From an uncultured Gemmatimonadota bacterium (lineage in GTDB: Bacteria > GCA-2686955), in assembly GCA_964490075.1 (NCBI GenBank), contig CAZBBK010000032.1, positions 1 through 63,261 of the forward strand: DNA of 63,261 nt, in the 5' to 3' direction. The notes below the pieces were generated by a model. That model was given only the letters and a program-made list of their open reading frames with translations. It had not been told where the DNA came from and did not search any database. The translations under genes and the position numbers were made by a program. Below are positions 60,750-63,261 of this stretch, one piece after another (within the stretch, counting starts at the first letter, position 1; every line of letters begins with the position of its first letter).

Positions 60750-61556
60750 TTGAGCCCCCGCGCCCCGGCACCGATTCGCCGCGCCCTCGCCCTGCGCACC
60801 GCCAAGGGGCGCAAGAAGGCGTGCGCGTTCCTCATCGAAGGGGAGCGCGGAGTGATGGACGCCCTCCAGAGGAGCGCCCTGGTCGTAGAGGTCCTGATCT
60901 CCTCCGCCTTGTCGCCGCGCGCCGCCGGCAAGGTGCGAGGGGCGGCGCGGGACCGATCGGTGGCCCTTCACGAGCTGCCGCCGGAGCAGCTGCGCCGCGT
61001 GTCCGAGGTGGTCGAGCCGCAGGGAATCGTGGCCTTGGCGCGCGTGCCCGAGCAGCCCGCCGCCGGGGCTCCCTTGCTCCCCGAGGGGCCGGCGATGGCG
61101 CTCGCTCTCGACGGAGTCCGCGACCCAGGCAACCTCGGCACCATCGTTCGCAGTGCCGAAGCGGCGGGCTGCTCGGCGCTGCTGCTGACGCCCGGCTGTG
61201 GCGATCCCTACAATCCGAAGATCGTCCGCGCGGCCTGCGGTTCGCTGCTCAATCTGCCGCCCCGAATCGCCACCGCCGAAGCGGTCATCGACGCCGCGCG
61301 AAAAGAAGAGGCGGCGCTGGTCTTGCTCGATGTCGCGGGAGGGACTCCTCTGGCGGAGTTCCTCGCCCCGAGGCGCATGATCGTGGTGGTGGGCGGGGAG
61401 CCGCGCGGCGCCGGCGATCGATTCCGAGAGGCGGCCGGCGAGAGGCTGACGATCCCGCTGCGCGGCGGGGTCGAGTCGTTGAACGCCGCGGTGGCGGCCA
61501 CTGTCGCGCTCTTCGCCCTGCGCGATCGTTCGCCCGCTCGCAAAGTGCAACGCTAG
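60750..61556 (+). CDS. TrmH/SpoU RNA methyltransferase
   Basis: DPGNLGTIVRSA, GGEPRG, ESLNAAVA. Confidence 0.92.
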   Translation: MSPRAPAPIRRALALRTAKGRKKACAFLIEGERGVMDALQRSALVVEVLISSALSPRAAGKVRGAARDRSVALHELPPEQLRRVSEVVEPQGIVALARVPEQPAAGAPLLPEGPAMALALDGVRDPGNLGTIVRSAEAAGCSALLLTPGCGDPYNPKIVRAACGSLLNLPPRIATAEAVIDAARKEEAALVLLDVAGGTPLAEFLAPRRMIVVVGGEPRGAGDRFREAAGERLTIPLRGGVESLNAAVAATVALFALRDRSPARKVQR

Positions 61557-61672
61557 CCGGTGCAGAGTGCGGCGGCCGCGAGCCGCGCCCGCGTCCCTGC
61601 AGCCGCCGGGGTTGCTCTGTAACTCATTGCGGAACGGCGTATTGCGTGGTTGCTCCCGCGCCGTCGCCCGGC

Positions 61673-61687
61673 TGGCACGCCCCTTGC
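61673..61687 (+). promoter_or_regulatory. Sigma54 promoter
   Basis: TGGCAC-GCCCC-TTGC. Confidence 0.75.
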
Positions 61688-61822
61688 CCCAGCCGCCAGG
61701 TGCGAATCCGGCGGTCCACCCAGCGGGGGGGAATCCGGACCGGGACGCGAGGCAATGCGGACGACGACCGGCTGTGACTTGCGGGAGAGGCAGGGCGCAG
61801 ACCGCGACAGGAGGAATGTGTC

Positions 61823-62812
61823 GTGCCCAACAAAAGGACGAAGTTTGGTGTGGTCGCGGGTGTTGCGTCGATCGCGATGCTCGCCGGCTGCGAGAGCACC
61901 GGCATCACCGATGCCGATCTGAATCTCAACGGTACCGGCGGCCTTGGAGACGTCGCCGAAGCCCCATACGTGGAGGGCGGTCCCGCGGACGGCCCGATCC
62001 AGGGCTTCGGAGGCGACGGTGGCTCGCTCATGGACGGGCCCGAGCTCGGCTACCAGGGCGATGATTGGAATCCGGCCGAGGATCCGGTCCTCGGCTACCA
62101 GGAGCCCGATCCGAGCCCGGCGGAGGATCCGGTCCTCGGTTACCACGAGCCCGATCCGAGCCCGGCGGAGGATCCGGTCCTCGGTTACCACGAGCCCGAT
62201 CCGAGCCCGGCGGACGATCCCGTTCTCGGCTACCGCGAGCCCGATCCGGGTCCGGTGATGGACGATCCGGTCCTCGGTTACCAGGAGCCCGATCCGGGTC
62301 CGGTGATGGACGATCCGGTCATCGGTTACCAGGAGCCCGATCCGCGCCCGACGGAAGATCCCGTTCTCGGCTACAACGGTGATGAGCCCGGGGTCGTTCC
62401 CGATGTGCCGGTGGAGATCGCTCTCCCGCAGGTGAGCTATCCCTACGACTTCTCGATGATGAACCTCCTGGGAGACGACGCATGGGGCGAGGTTGCGGCC
62501 AACTTCGACTCCGGCGATCTGCGCCTGGTGGTCGGTGAGCTGAAGGACGATCCGGAGATCTCCTACGAGATCCAGGTGATCTACCTGGCGAAGGATCTGA
62601 CCGCCAGCGCCGGCTGGTTCGACTTCTCGACCGAGGGTCAAGTGGTGAGTGGTCATTGGGATCTGCCGACCATGACCGAGGGACTGCCGGACCGCATCGT
62701 GGTCGTCGAGCACGACTCGGTCGGGCAGGGACACGCGGGCGAGGAGGTCCTGGTCGCCACGATCCTCTTCGATCGCGAGGACTCGGACTCCGCCGGAGAC
62801 GGATGGCAGTAA
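61823..62812 (+). CDS. Acidic lipoprotein with tandem 15-16 aa repeats
   Basis: Lipobox LAGC; RBS AGGAGG; repeats of EDPVLGYQEPDPSPA. Confidence 0.85.
   Translation: MPNKRTKFGVVAGVASIAMLAGCESTGITDADLNLNGTGGLGDVAEAPYVEGGPADGPIQGFGGDGGSLMDGPELGYQGDDWNPAEDPVLGYQEPDPSPAEDPVLGYHEPDPSPAEDPVLGYHEPDPSPADDPVLGYREPDPGPVMDDPVLGYQEPDPGPVMDDPVIGYQEPDPRPTEDPVLGYNGDEPGVVPDVPVEIALPQVSYPYDFSMMNLLGDDAWGEVAANFDSGDLRLVVGELKDDPEISYEIQVIYLAKDLTASAGWFDFSTEGQVVSGHWDLPTMTEGLPDRIVVVEHDSVGQGHAGEEVLVATILFDREDSDSAGDGWQ
62078..62376 (+). repeat. Coding tandem repeat, about 7 units of 45-48 bp
   Basis: GAGGATCCGGTCCTCGGCTACCAGGAGCCCGATCCGAGCCCGGCG-type units. Confidence 0.92.
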
Positions 62813-62874
62813 TCAGCCCGATCAGGCAACCGATCGAAACCCCCCGTTGATCCGCGGCGATCCGTCGCCGCCCG

Positions 62875-62902
62875 GACGCCCCCGGTATCTCCCGGGGGCG
62901 TC
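62875..62902 (+). terminator. Hairpin after the lipoprotein gene
   Basis: GACGCCCCCGG-TATCTC-CCGGGGGCGTC. Confidence 0.6.
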
Positions 62903-62916
62903 TTGCGTTGTGCCCA

Positions 62917-63158
62917 CTGGCGTTTCGATATAGCGCGTCTCGCGCGACGCACTCCACAAAGAACCGCGGGCCCCGCGAGAGTCCGCCGGCCTCCGGGGCT
63001 CCATGCGCGGGTGGGGGGGCGGTCTCGACTGGACTTCTTCGCGTGCCCCTGCCCCTGCCCGACTCCGTTGCCCGAATCGGGCATGGGCATGGGCAGGGGC
63101 TCGATGGGAGGCGTTCCGGGCGCTTTCCGGGCGGCGAAGCGCCCTATCGAAACGCCAG
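62917..63158. mobile_element. MITE-like element with 14-bp terminal inverted repeats
   Basis: CTGGCGTTTCGATA ... TATCGAAACGCCAG; partial second copy at 37063-37259. Confidence 0.75.
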
Positions 63159-63261
63159 CGGAACGACACCGTCGGGAGAGGAGAGGCGACGGCGTCGTAG
63201 CATCAAGGCCGGAATCCGGTCGTAACTAGCGATTCCGATCGAGGAGCTGAAGGTTGCGGCC

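Noticed and set aside
62078-62376. Regular repeats resembling a CRISPR array
   Set aside because: Units are contiguous, in frame and lack unique spacers; no cas genes are present

Overview
GC-rich window from a diderm bacterium (LpxH, Omp85, SurA-type and SppA genes present), probably anaerobic or facultative; the taxon cannot be fixed from this sequence. Approx. 1-13.5 kb is a decaying accessory region: a stop-interrupted long gene, IS91/ISCR remnants, an arsenic cluster (arsR cut by the IS, acr3, a collapsed arsP, thioredoxins, ccdA), a secreted glycoside-hydrolase-like gene out of frame at a (TACGGGC)4 repeat, and a pho/pst operon collapsed by several deletions. Approx. 13.5-37 kb holds housekeeping and envelope genes, a parA-acyltransferase / phasin-phaR storage-granule locus, and several frameshifted secreted beta-propeller/beta-helix genes. 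Approx. 37.3-50.8 kb is a TetR-led, complete class II (tungsten/selenium) benzoyl-CoA reductase cluster, bamBCDEFGHI, with a Sec codon and SECIS-like hairpin in bamF, followed by tupABC. Approx. 51.9-57.1 kb is a bacterial microcompartment operon (2 BMC-H, AldDH, PduL, BMC-P) whose only candidate signature module is an encapsulation-peptide-bearing ACT protein plus a UPF0210/DUF711 protein. The end of the window has a FlgM-like gene, sigma54-type promoters, TrmH, a repeat lipoprotein and a MITE-like element. No rRNA, tRNA or CRISPR array was seen. All family calls come from motif recognition, not database searches.
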